Shown in pieces: positions 40,101 to 51,776 of a DNA stretch of 64,000 nt. The notes under the pieces are model-generated. The model was not told the DNA's origin and ran no database searches. It saw nothing but the letters and a program-made list of their open reading frames with translations. Numbering within the stretch: the stretch's first letter is position 1; every line of letters starts with the position of its first letter. Location: positions 51,026,001 through 51,090,000 of the forward strand of contig NC_135808.1 in NCBI RefSeq assembly GCF_964213995.1, written 5' to 3'. The position numbers and the translations under genes were made by a program. The DNA is from Mustelus asterias (lineage: Eukaryota).

Positions 40101-43100
40101 CGGTCAATACTGTTTTACTGCACCGTGTCACTCACTACACCTGTCACGAGGAAACGGTCAATACTGTTTTACTGCACTGTGTCACTCACTACACCTGTCA
40201 CTCGGAAACGGTCAATACTGTTTTACTGCACCGTGTCACTCACTACACCTGTCACTAGGAAACGGACAATACTGTTTTACTGCACCGTGTCTCTCACTAC
40301 ACCTGTCACTAGGAAACGGTCAATACTGTTTTACTGCACCGTGTCACTCACTACACCTGTCACTAGGAAACGGTCAATACTGTTTTACTGCACTGTGTCA
40401 CTCACTACACCTGTCACTAGGAAACGGTCAATACTGTTTTACTGCACTGTGTCTCTCACTACACCTGTCACTAGGAAACGGACAATACTGTTTTACTGCA
40501 CCGTGTCACTCACTACACCTGTCACTAGGAAACGGTCAATACTGTTTTACTGCACTGTGTCACTCACTACACCTGTCACTAGGAAACGGTCAATACTGTT
40601 TTACTGCACTGTGTCTCTCACTACACCTGTCACTAGGAAACGGTCAATACTGTTTTACTGCACTGTGTCTCTCACTACACCTGTCACTAGGAAACGGTCG
40701 ATACTGTTTTACTGCACCGTGTCACTCACTACACCTGTCACTCGGAAACGGACAATACTGTTTTACTGCACAGTGTCTCTCACTACACCTGTCACTAGGA
40801 AACGGTCAATACTGTTTTACTGCACTGTGTCTCTCACTACACCTGTCACTAGGAAACGGTCAATACTGTTTTACTGCACTGTGTCTCTCACTACACCTGT
40901 CACTAGGAAACGGACAATACTGTTTTACTGCACAGTGTCTCTCACTACACCTGTCACTAGGAAACGGTCAATACTGTTTTACTGCACTGTGTCACTCACT
41001 ACACCTGTCACTAGGAAACGGTCGATACTGTTTTACTGCACTGTGTCACTCACTACACCTGTCACTAGGAAACGGTCAATACTGTTTTACTGCACCGTGT
41101 CTCTCACTACACCTGTCACTGGGAAGTGGTCAATACTGTTTTACTGCACTGTGTCACTCACTACACCTGTCACTAGGAAACGGTTAGTACTGTTTTACTG
41201 CACTGTGTCTCTCACTACACCTGTCACTAGGAAACGGTCACTACTGTTTTACTGCAGTGTCTCTCACTACACCTGTCACTAGGAAACGGTCAATACTGTT
41301 TTACTGCACCGTGTCTCTCACTACACCTGTCACTAGGAAACGGTCAATACTGTTTTACTGCACTGTGTCACTCACTACACCTGTCACTAGGAAACGGTCA
41401 ATACTGTTTTACTGCACTGTGTCACTCACTACACCTGTCACTAGGAAACGGTCAATACTGTTTTACTGCACTGTGTCTCTCACTACACCTGTCACTAGGA
41501 AACGGTCAATACTGTTTTACTGCACCGTGTCTCTCACTACTCCTGTCACTAGGAAACGGTCAATACTGTTTTACTGCACTGTGTCACTCACTACACCTGT
41601 CACTAGGAAACGGTCAATACTGTTTTACTGCACTGTGTCACTCACTACACCTGTCACTAGGAAACGGTCAATACTGTTTTACTGCACCGTGTCACTCACT
41701 ACACCTGTCACTAGGAAACGGTCAATACTGTTTTACTGCACTGTGTCTCTCACTACACCTGTCACTAGGAAACGGTCAATACTGTTTTACTGCACTGTGT
41801 CTCTCACTACACCTGTCACTAGGAAACGGTCAATACTGTTTTACTGCACCGTGTCTCTCACTACTCCTGTCACTAGGAAACGGTCAATACTGTTTTACTG
41901 CACTGTGTCACTCACTACACCTGTCACTAGGAAACGGTCAATACTGTTTTACTGCACTGTGTCTCTCACTACACCTGTCACTCGGAAACGGTCAATACTG
42001 TTTTACTGCACTGTGTCACTCACTACACCTGTCACGGGGAAACGGTCAATACTGTTTTACTGCACTGTGTCACTCACTACACCTGTCACTAGGAAACGGT
42101 CAATACTGTTTTACTGCACCGTGTCTCTCACTACACCTGTCACTAGGAAACGGTCAATACTGTTTTACTGCACTGTGTCTCTCACTACACCTGTCACTAG
42201 GAAACGGTCAAGACTGTTTTACTGCACTGTGTCTCTCACTACACCTGTCACTAGGAAACGGTCAATACTGTTTTACTGCACCGTGTCACTCACTACACCT
42301 GTCACTAGGAAACGGTCAATACTGTTTTACTGCACTGTGTCACTCACTACACCTGTCACTAGGAAACGGTCAATACTGTTTTACTGCACTGTGTCACTCA
42401 CTACACCTGTCACTAGGAAACGGTCAATACTGTTTTACTGCACTGTGTCACTCACTACACCTGTCACTAGGAAACGGTCAATACTGTTTTACTGCACTGT
42501 GTCTCTCACTACACCTGTCACTCGGAAACGGTCAATACTGTTTTACTGCACTGTGTCACTCACTACACCTGTCACGGGGAAACGGTCAATACTGTTTTAC
42601 TGCACTGTGTCACTCACTACACCTGTCACTAGGAAACGGTCAATACTGTTTTACTGCACCGTGTCTCTCACTACACCTGTCACTAGGAAACGGTCAATAC
42701 TGTTTTACTGCACTGTGTCTCTCACTACACCTGTCACTAGGAAACGGTCAAGACTGTTTTACTGCACTGTGTCTCTCACTACACCTGTCACTAGGAAACG
42801 GTCAATACTGTTTTACTGCACTGTGTCTCTCACTACACCTGTCACTAGGAAACGGTCAATACTGTTTTACTGCACTGTGTCTCTCACTACACCTGTCACT
42901 AGGAAACGGTCAATACTGTTTTACTGCACTGTGTCTCTCACTACACCTGTCACTCGGAAACGGACAATACTGTTTTACTGCACTGTGTATCTCACTACAC
43001 CTGTCACTAGGAAACGGTCAATACTGTTTTACTGCACTGTGTCACTCACTGCACCTGTCACTCAGAAACGGACAATACTGTTTTACTGCACTGTGAATCT

Positions 43101-45539
43101 CACTACACCTGTCACTAGGAAACGGTCAATACTGTTTTACTGCACTGTGTCTCTCACTACACCTGTCACTAGGAAACGGTCAATACTGTTTTACTGCACT
43201 GTGTCACTCACTACACCTGTCACTAGGAAACGGTCAATACTGTTTTACTGCACTGTGTCTCTCACTACACCTGTCACTAGGAAACGGACAATACTGTTTT
43301 ACTGCACAGTGTCTCTCACTACACCTGTCACTAGGAAACGGTCAATACTGTTTTACTGCACTGTGTCACTCACTACACCTGTCACTAGGAAACGGTCGAT
43401 ACTGTTTTACTGCACTGTGTCACTCACTACACCTGTCACTAGGAAACGGTCAATACTGTTTTACTGCACCGTGTCTCTCACTACACCTGTCACTGGGAAG
43501 TGGTCAATACTGTTTTACTGCACTGTGTCACTCACTACACCTGTCACTAGGAAACGGTTAGTACTGTTTTACTGCACTGTGTCTCTCACTACACCTGTCA
43601 CTAGGAAACGGTCACTACTGTTTTACTGCAGTGTCTCTCACTACACCTGTCACTAGGAAACGGTCAATACTGTTTTACTGCACCGTGTCTCTCACTACAC
43701 CTGTCACTAGGAAACGGTCAATACTGTTTTACTGCACTGTGTCACTCACTACACCTGTCACTAGGAAACGGTCAATACTGTTTTACTGCACTGTGTCACT
43801 CACTACACCTGTCACTAGGAAACGGTCAATACTGTTTTACTGCACTGTGTCTCTCACTACACCTGTCACTAGGAAACGGTCAATACTGTTTTACTGCACC
43901 GTGTCTCTCACTACTCCTGTCACTAGGAAACGGTCAATACTGTTTTACTGCACTGTGTCACTCACTACACCTGTCACTAGGAAACGGTCAATACTGTTTT
44001 ACTGCACTGTGTCTCTCACTACACCTGTCACTAGGAAACGGTCAATACTGTTTTACTGCACCGTGTCTCTCACTACTCCTGTCACTAGGAAACGGTCAAT
44101 ACTGTTTTACTGCACTGTGTCACTCACTACACCTGTCACTAGGAAACGGTCAATACTGTTTTACTGCACTGTGTCTCTCACTACACCTGTCACTCGGAAA
44201 CGGTCAATACTGTTTTACTGCACTGTGTCACTCACTACACCTGTCACGGGGAAACGGTCAATACTGTTTTACTGCACTGTGTCACTCACTACACCTGTCA
44301 CTAGGAAACGGTCAATACTGTTTTACTGCACCGTGTCTCTCACTACACCTGTCACTAGGAAACGGTCAATACTGTTTTACTGCACTGTGTCTCTCACTAC
44401 ACCTGTCACTAGGAAACGGTCAAGACTGTTTTACTGCACTGTGTCTCTCACTACACCTGTCACTAGGAAACGGTCAATACTGTTTTACTGCACCGTGTCA
44501 CTCACTACACCTGTCACTAGGAAACGGTCAATACTGTTTTACTGCACTGTGTCACTCACTACACCTGTCACTAGGAAACGGTCAATACTGTTTTACTGCA
44601 CTGTGTCACTCACTACACCTGTCACTAGGAAACGGTCAATACTGTTTTACTGCACTGTGTCACTCACTACACCTGTCACTAGGAAACGGTCAATACTGTT
44701 TTACTGCACTGTGTCTCTCACTACACCTGTCACTCGGAAACGGTCAATACTGTTTTACTGCACTGTGTCACTCACTACACCTGTCACGGGGAAACGGTCA
44801 ATACTGTTTTACTGCACTGTGTCACTCACTACACCTGTCACTAGGAAACGGTCAATACTGTTTTACTGCACCGTGTCTCTCACTACACCTGTCACTAGGA
44901 AACGGTCAATACTGTTTTACTGCACTGTGTCTCTCACTACACCTGTCACTAGGAAACGGTCAAGACTGTTTTACTGCACTGTGTCTCTCACTACACCTGT
45001 CACTAGGAAACGGTCAATACTGTTTTACTGCACTGTGTCTCTCACTACACCTGTCACTAGGAAACGGTCAATACTGTTTTACTGCACTGTGTCTCTCACT
45101 ACACCTGTCACTCGGAAACGGACAATACTGTTTTACTGCACTGTGTATCTCACTACACCTGTCACTAGGAAACGGTCAATACTGTTTTACTGCACTGTGT
45201 CACTCACTGCACCTGTCACTCAGAAACGGACAATACTGTTTTACTGCACTGTGAATCTCACTACACCTGTCACTAGGAAACGGTCAATACTGTTTTACTG
45301 CACTGTGTCTCTCACTACACCTGTCACTAGGAAACGGTCAATACTGTTTTACTGCACTGTGTCACTCACTACACCTGTCACTAGGAAACGGTCAATACTG
45401 TTTTACTGCACTGTGTCTCTCACTACACCTGTCACTAGGAAACGGTCAATACTGTTTTACTGCACTGTGTCACTCACTACACCTGTCACTAGGAAACGGT
45501 CAATACTGTTTTACTGCACTGTGTCACTCACTACACCTG
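16108..45539. repeat. 54-bp tandem array, about 545 copies, 29.4 kb
   Basis: Consensus CACTGTGTCWCTCACTACACCTGTCACTAGGAAACGGTCAATACTGTTTTACTG. Uninterrupted; the only length variants seen are six 52-bp units. Copy number comes from ORF-track spacing (each interval = n x 54 + 52). Confidence 0.98.
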
Positions 45540-46299
45540 AAGTGGGATGAATGAAATGATTTGACTGAGATTGAAGTTAAAACATTCATTATTAGCTGGA
45601 GAATGGACAAATGTAGAGATGAAGGCATGATGGTAAATTGAGCCAATGTTATTGCAATGAACAAGGTCACTGAATCTTCAAATCCCAGCCCAGCCCTTCA
45701 GGGGTGAGATCAGGAAACACTTCGTCACTTGGAGACTGGTGGAAATCTGGAACTTTCTCCCTGAAATAAAGCTGTTGAGGCTGCGGGGGAGCCAATTGAA
45801 AATGTTCAAACTGAGCTTCCTCCATCTGTCTCTACTATCCCCAAGTCTTTGCCTTTTCTCTCCCTGTTTGTGAAAACTCTCCTGTGTAGTCAGCTCATTC
45901 CGATTCCCGGGGGAAGAGGCTGGTCTTTGTGATGTGGAGGATATGGGGGGTCAGATCGGGGTCAAAGCTGAGGCCAATGTTGTAGAGATTCTGGTTGAGC
46001 AGCAGACAGTGCTCAGGGGGAGGGATGGAGTTTGTATCGGGAGCTGAAGACCAATGGCTTTGATCTTCCCAATGTGTTTCCCAGTGAGCCTGGCTCCTCA
46101 GTCCTGACTGCTCTGAGCTGCTGTTCTTTTCACTGATTGGACAGTTATTGTTAGAGATTCAGACCACAGCACAAATCCCCAGTGTCAAAAATAACTGCAA
46201 AGACTGTCAGATCGGAAGATTGAAATGTAACCAACAGAGGAAGTGAAAGAAGGAGCTCAGAGCAGCTGGATGTTTGTTACTGAGACGGGAGAAAATGGT

Positions 46300-49035
46300 G
46301 AACCGTGTCCACTACCTCTAATCTCCCAGCACAGAAGGCACAGTGGGATACAGTCAGGAGGGAGTTATCCTGGGAATCCTCAACAACATTCCAGACTCCA
46401 TGTAGTCTCTCGGTACCATGTCAAACACAGACAAGGAAACCTCCTCTGGTTACCACATACCGTCCCACCCCCCTCAGCTGATGAATCAGTTCTCCTCCAT
46501 GTTGAACAGCACTTGGATGAAGCACTGAGGGTGGCAAGGACACAGAATGTACTCTGGGTGGGGACTTCAATGTCCATCACCAAGAGTTACTCGGTAGCAC
46601 CACCACACACCGAGCTGGCCGGGTCCTAAAGGACATAGCTGCTAGACTGGGACTGCGGCAGGTGGGGAGGGAACCAACAAGAGGGAGAAACATACTCGAC
46701 CTCATCCTCACCAACCTGCCTGCCGCAGATGCATCTGTCCATGACAGTATCAGTAGGAGTGACCACCGCACAGTCCTTGTGGAGATAAAATCCCATCTTC
46801 ACATTGAGGGTACCCTCCATCGTGTTGTGTGGCACTGCCACCGTGCTAAATGGGATCGATTTCAAACAGATCTAGCAACTCAAAACTGGGCATCCATGAG
46901 GCTCTGTGGGCCATCAGCAGCAGCAGAATTGTACTGCTGTACAATTGTACCTCACTCTACCAGAGTGCAGGAGGGCCTGACAGGAGCAACAGCAGACATA
47001 CTGAAAAATGAGGTGTTAACCTGGTGAAGCTACAACACAGGACTGTGTGTCAAACAGCAGAAGCAGCAAGTGATAGAGCTAAACCATCCCATAACCAATG
47101 GATCAGATCTAAGCTCTGCAGTCCTGCCACATCCAGCTGTGAATGGTGGTGGACAATTAAACAACCCCCTGGAGGAGGAGGCTCCACAAATATCCCCATC
47201 CTCAATGATGGAGGAGTCCAGCACATCAGTACAAAAGATAAGGCTGATACATTTGCAACTGGGTACTACAAAGAATCTGCATCCTGACAATATTCCAGCA
47301 ATAGTCCTGAAGAACTTGCTGCGCCCCCAGCCAAGCTGTTCCAGTACAGCTACAACACTGGCATCTACACAGCAATGTGTAAAATTGCCCAGGTATGTCG
47401 TGTATACCAAAAAACAGGACAAATCTATTCTGGCCAATTAGTGCCCCATCAGGCTACTCTCAATCATCAGTAAAGTGATTTAGTTTGTCGACAGTGCTAT
47501 CAACCGGCACTTACTAGCAACAACCTGCTCACTGACACTCAGTTTGGGTTCCGCCAGGGTCACTCAGCTCCTGACCTCATTACAGCCTTGGTTCAAATGT
47601 GGACAAAAGAGCTGAACTCCAGAGGTGAGGTGAGAGTGACTGCCCTTGACATCAAGGCAGCATCTGACCGAGTGTGGCATCAAGGAGCCTTAGCAAAACT
47701 GGAGTCAATGGAAATCAGGGGGAAACTCTCCGCTGTTTGGAGTCACACCCAGCACAAAGGTAGATGGTTGTGATGACTGGATTTTAACGTTTTATTGTAA
47801 GTATTAGTGTCACAAGTATTTTTACATTAACACTGTAATGAAGTTACTGTGAAAATCCTCAGTTGCCACACTCTGGCACCTGTTCGGGTACACTGAGGGA
47901 GAATTTAGCATGGCCAATGCACTTAACCAGCAGGTCTTTCAGACTGTGGGAGGAAACCGGAGCTCCCGGAAGAAACCCACACAGACACAGGGAGAACGTG
48001 CAGACTCCACACAGACAGTGACCCAAGAGGAATCAAACCCGGGTCCCTGACGCTGCGCCACCCAATATAATAAAATGGTTGTCGTTATAGGATTGCAATC
48101 TGAGATTGCTTTGGGACATCACTGCAGGAGTTCCTCAGGGTAGTGTCTGAGACCCAACCATCTTCAGCTGCTTCATTAATAACCTTCAGAAGTGGGGATG
48201 TTCACTGATGATTGCACAATGCTCAGCACCATTCACAACTCCTCAGATATTGAAGCAGGAACATTCGTGCCACACAAGTGCCACGGAATCACCATCTCCA
48301 ACAAGAGAGAATTTTAACATCTCCCCTTGACATTCAATGTCATTACCATTGCTGAATCCCCCACTGTAAAATCCTGTTGGATATGATTGACCAGAAACTC
48401 AACTGGACCAGCCTATAAATACTGTGGCTACAAGAGCAGGTCAGTGGATAGGAATCCTGCGGTGAGTAACTCACATCCTGACTCTCCAAAGCCTGTCCAC
48501 CATCTACAAGGCACAAGTCCGGAGTGTGATGGAATACTCTCCACTTGTCTGGATGAGTAGAGCTCCAGCAACACTCAAGAAGCTCAACACCATCCAGGAC
48601 AAAGCAGCCCCAGTTGATTGACACCCATTCACAAACATGAAATCCCTCCACCACTGTCAAACAGTGGCAGCAGTGTGTACCATCTATAAGATGTACTGAA
48701 TGAAATCAACAAGGTTCCAGAGGCAGCACCTTCTAAACACACGACCACTGCCATTTGGAAAGACAAAAGCAGCAGCTCCCTGGGATCAACACCACCAAGA
48801 GGTTTCCCTCCAAGCCACACGCCATTCTGACGTGGAAATACATCTCTGTTCCTTCACTGTTGCTGGGTCAAAATCTTGGAGAACTCTCCCTAACAGCACT
48901 GTGGGTGTATGTACACCTCATGGACTGCAGCAGCTCAAGAAGGCAGCTCATCACCACCTTCTCAAGGACAATTAGGGATAGGCAATAAATGTTGGTATAG
49001 CCAGTGACACCCACACCCCGTCAATGAATACATTT
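46300..49035 (+). mobile_element. Decayed L2/CR1-superfamily LINE
   Basis: EPTRGRNILDLILTN and SDH endonuclease remnants; WTKELNSRGEVRVTALDIKA RT remnant; tail CAATTAGGGATAGGCAATAAATG; many indels; boundaries approximate. Confidence 0.85.
47790..48063 (-). mobile_element. V-SINE (tail type as at 6841) inserted in the LINE
   Basis: Reverse-complement similarity to 6841-7146; head partly lost. Confidence 0.8.
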
Positions 49036-49849
49036 TCAAACATTCCTACTCTACTCAATGTCCCATTCTGTGTGTTGAACTCTGGATCCTGTCAGCAGGA
49101 TATTTGACTGCAGGAGCCTTCACCACTGTGTCCAATTCTGTCCCTAGCCAAAATCCCCACAGAACCTGAATTTATATAGCACCTTAGTGTACAAAACATC
49201 ACAATATCTTTCTCAGAGCTGCAGTAAAACGAATGGGGGAGGGGCTGGGGAGAGTTCAGGAAAAAGGATCGAAGGCTTGGATGAAAGGATGGAGTTTGAT
49301 GGAGGAGAGAGACATTTGGACAGGGGGAGGGATTAAGGGTGGGAGGTCAGAGAGCAGGGCCTGGGCGTCTGAAGGCTGTGCAGTCAATGGTGGGATGAAG
49401 GAAGCAGCGATGGGCAGGAGAGCAGAGTCAGCAGATGGAAGGGGAGGGAGGGAATGTGAGTCTGCAGCAGGTCGCAGAGGTAGGGAGGACTGAGGCCATG
49501 GAGGGAATTGGAGGGCAGTGAGGTCAGGGGTCACAGGTCAGTGAGACAGGGTCCAGACCCACTGCATTTGGGACAAGTTGGGGTTTATGGAGCATGGATG
49601 AAGGGAGCCGGCAGAGGATATCGGAATATTGGAGTTAGGAGGCGGGACAAGCAGGGATAAGAGTTTCTGTGCTCAAGGGGCTGATGTAGTGTAGAGACGG
49701 ACAATGTTGTGGAGAGGATGTGGAGTTTGAAGCTTAGCTACTGGAGACTCCAGTGGGAAAGAGGCCCATGTTAAATGGTCCCCATTGGAGGCTCCAGTGG
49801 GACATGGACACCATGGTCGATGTGGAGCAGTTTCTTTATGTTATAAATG

Positions 49850-50765
49850 CGTGATTTGAGGAAGTCACAAAGTGGATAAAGGGGAACTCGGAGATGTGAT
49901 TTACACGGAATTCCAAAAGGTATTTGATAAATTGCCACACCAAATGTTACAGCACAAGATACAAGCTGATGGTGTGTGGGTAACATATTAGCATTGATAG
50001 AGGATTGGTTAGCTAACAGAAACCAGAAAGAGGGGATAAATGATTGTTTTGGGGTTGGGAAGCTGTAATTAGTGGAGTTCTGGAACAATCAGTGCTGGGA
50101 CCACAACTATTCACAATCCATATCAATGACTTGGATGAAGGGAGTGAATGGAGCTGATGTCCCAATGACACTAAGATAGGTGGGAAAGTAAGTTATAAAG
50201 ACAAGGTAGAGAGTCTGCAAAGGGATAGGGACAGGGGAAGTGAGTGGCTAAACATGTGGAGTATAACCTGGGTAAATGTGAAGGTGTCCACTTTGGCAGG
50301 AAGAATAGAACAGCAGTAAACTATTGAAATGGAGAGAGATTGCACAACTCGGTGCTACAGAGGGATCTGGCTGTCCTGGGACATGAACCACAACAAGTTA
50401 GTCTGCAGCTACAGCAAGTGATTAGGAAGACAAATGGAATGTTGGTGTTTATTACAAGGAGAATGGAATATAAAAATAGGGAAGTTTTACTGCAGCTGTA
50501 CAGGGTCTCGGTGAGACCACATCTGGAATACTGTGTACAGTTTAGGTCTCCTTATTTGGAAAAGGATATCATTGTGTTCGAAGCAGTTCAGAGAAGATTC
50601 ACTCGACACATTCCTGGGGTGAGGGGTTATCTTATGAAGAAAAGTTGGACAGGCTGGGCCTGAACCCATTGGAGTTTAGAAGAATGAGAGGTGATCTTAT
50701 TGAAACATATCAGATTGTGAGGGGACTGACAGAGTGGATACCAGGAGGGTGGTGCCTCTTCTGGG
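49850..50765 (+). mobile_element. Decayed CR1 RT fragment
   Basis: QRDLAVL..VRPHLEYCVQF..VQRRFTR translation. Confidence 0.85.
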
Positions 50766-50799
50766 GCAGAGTGAGATGAGTGGACAGACGGACAGAACT

Positions 50800-51060
50800 G
50801 CTGGACAGAAAGTGATAGAGACAGAGAGCGGAACAGAGGAAGAGAGAGAGAGAGAGAATGACAAGAGAGAAAGAATGAGTGAAGGAGAGAGCAAACAGGG
50901 GAATGAGACAGGAGCAAGAAGAAAGGGAGAAGAGGGAGAGAGAGAGAGTGTGTGAGAAACAGAGACTGAGAGACAGAGACTGAGGGACAGATATCAAGAG
51001 AGACTGAGAGACAGAGACTGAGGGACAGAGACTGAGGGAGGGAGAGAGAAGAAGAGGAAG
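50800..51060 (+). repeat. GA-rich low-complexity tract upstream of the V promoter
   Basis: (GA)n and GAGACTGAG/GACAGA repeats. Confidence 0.8.
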
Positions 51061-51065
51061 TGAAA

Positions 51066-51150
51066 GGTGCTGACGTGGTTTCTCTGGGTCAGACCATTTA
51101 CAGACTGAGGAACAGGCAGTGAGACTCTGACAGGCTGCAGCTTTATAAAG
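51066..51150 (+). promoter_or_regulatory. Putative V-kappa promoter
   Basis: TTTATAAA 51142-51149, about 65 bp before the ATG; degenerate octamer ATTTACAG 51096-51103; CRE-like TGACGT 51071-51076. Confidence 0.6.
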
Positions 51151-51209
51151 CAGAGCCCAGTGAAGGGAGAGTTTATCAGTAACCAGGCACAGGGACACGA
51201 CCACACACC

Positions 51210-51258
51210 ATGATTTCAGCCATCCAGCTGCTCTGGCCTCTGGCATTCTGCATCGCAG
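51210..51258 (+). CDS. IGKV: Ig light-chain leader exon (MISAIQLLWPLAFCIAG)
   Basis: ACCATG start context, hydrophobic peptide, phase-1 donor CAG|GTAC. Confidence 0.93.
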
Positions 51259-51444
51259 GTACAAATCTCTCTCCTTCCACCTTGAATATTTTCCTGCTCT
51301 CCATTTCAATCCAATTCTCCTGACTTGTGATTGAAGGGAAAATACTGAAAGGAGAGGAACAGTCAGTGTCTCCAACAATATCTCATTGTACAGCGTCTTT
51401 CTGTGACAGTTCTTACTTCACTCTGTTTCTCTATTACCCCTCAG

Positions 51445-51742
51445 GTATCAGTGGAGACATCATCATGACCCAGTCTCCCCCGGTGCTGTCAGTGAGCCTG
51501 GGCCAGACCGCCACCATCACCTGTACGGCCAGTCAAAGCATTGGCAGTTACGTGAATTGGTACCAACAGCAAGAAGGACATAAGCCGGCTCTGCTGATCT
51601 ATGCTGCATCAACACGATTCACAGGAATATCCGACCGATTCACCGGCAGTGGATCTGGGACAAGATTCATCCTGACAATCAGCAATGTACAGAATGAGGA
51701 TGTCGCTGATTATTACTGTCAGCAAAGTTACAGCTCCTCCTA
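51445..51742 (+). CDS. IGKV: Ig kappa-type V exon
   Basis: Acceptor CCCTCAG; [40 protein letters not shown]; open frame with both Cys and the Trp conserved. Confidence 0.97.
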
Positions 51743-51770
51743 CACAGTGATACAGAGCCTTACAAAAACC
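51743..51770 (+). promoter_or_regulatory. 12-bp-spacer recombination signal sequence of V
   Basis: CACAGTG + 12 nt + ACAAAAACC, perfect consensus. Confidence 0.98.
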
Positions 51771-51776
51771 CCAACC

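Noticed and set aside
16108-45539. CRISPR-like array
   Set aside because: Head-to-tail repeats with no unique spacers, no cas genes, and a eukaryotic context.
16108-45539. Array of D/J segments or V ends (FYCTV on plus, KTVLTVS on minus)
   Set aside because: No nonamer at 12 or 23 spacing, no FGXG motif, and the matches are too short.
16157-45550. Seven giant ORFs (529-2617 aa) as annotated genes
   Set aside because: They start at GTG, consist only of the satellite unit and are split by one amplified 2-bp deletion. Kept only as a hypothesis under findings.
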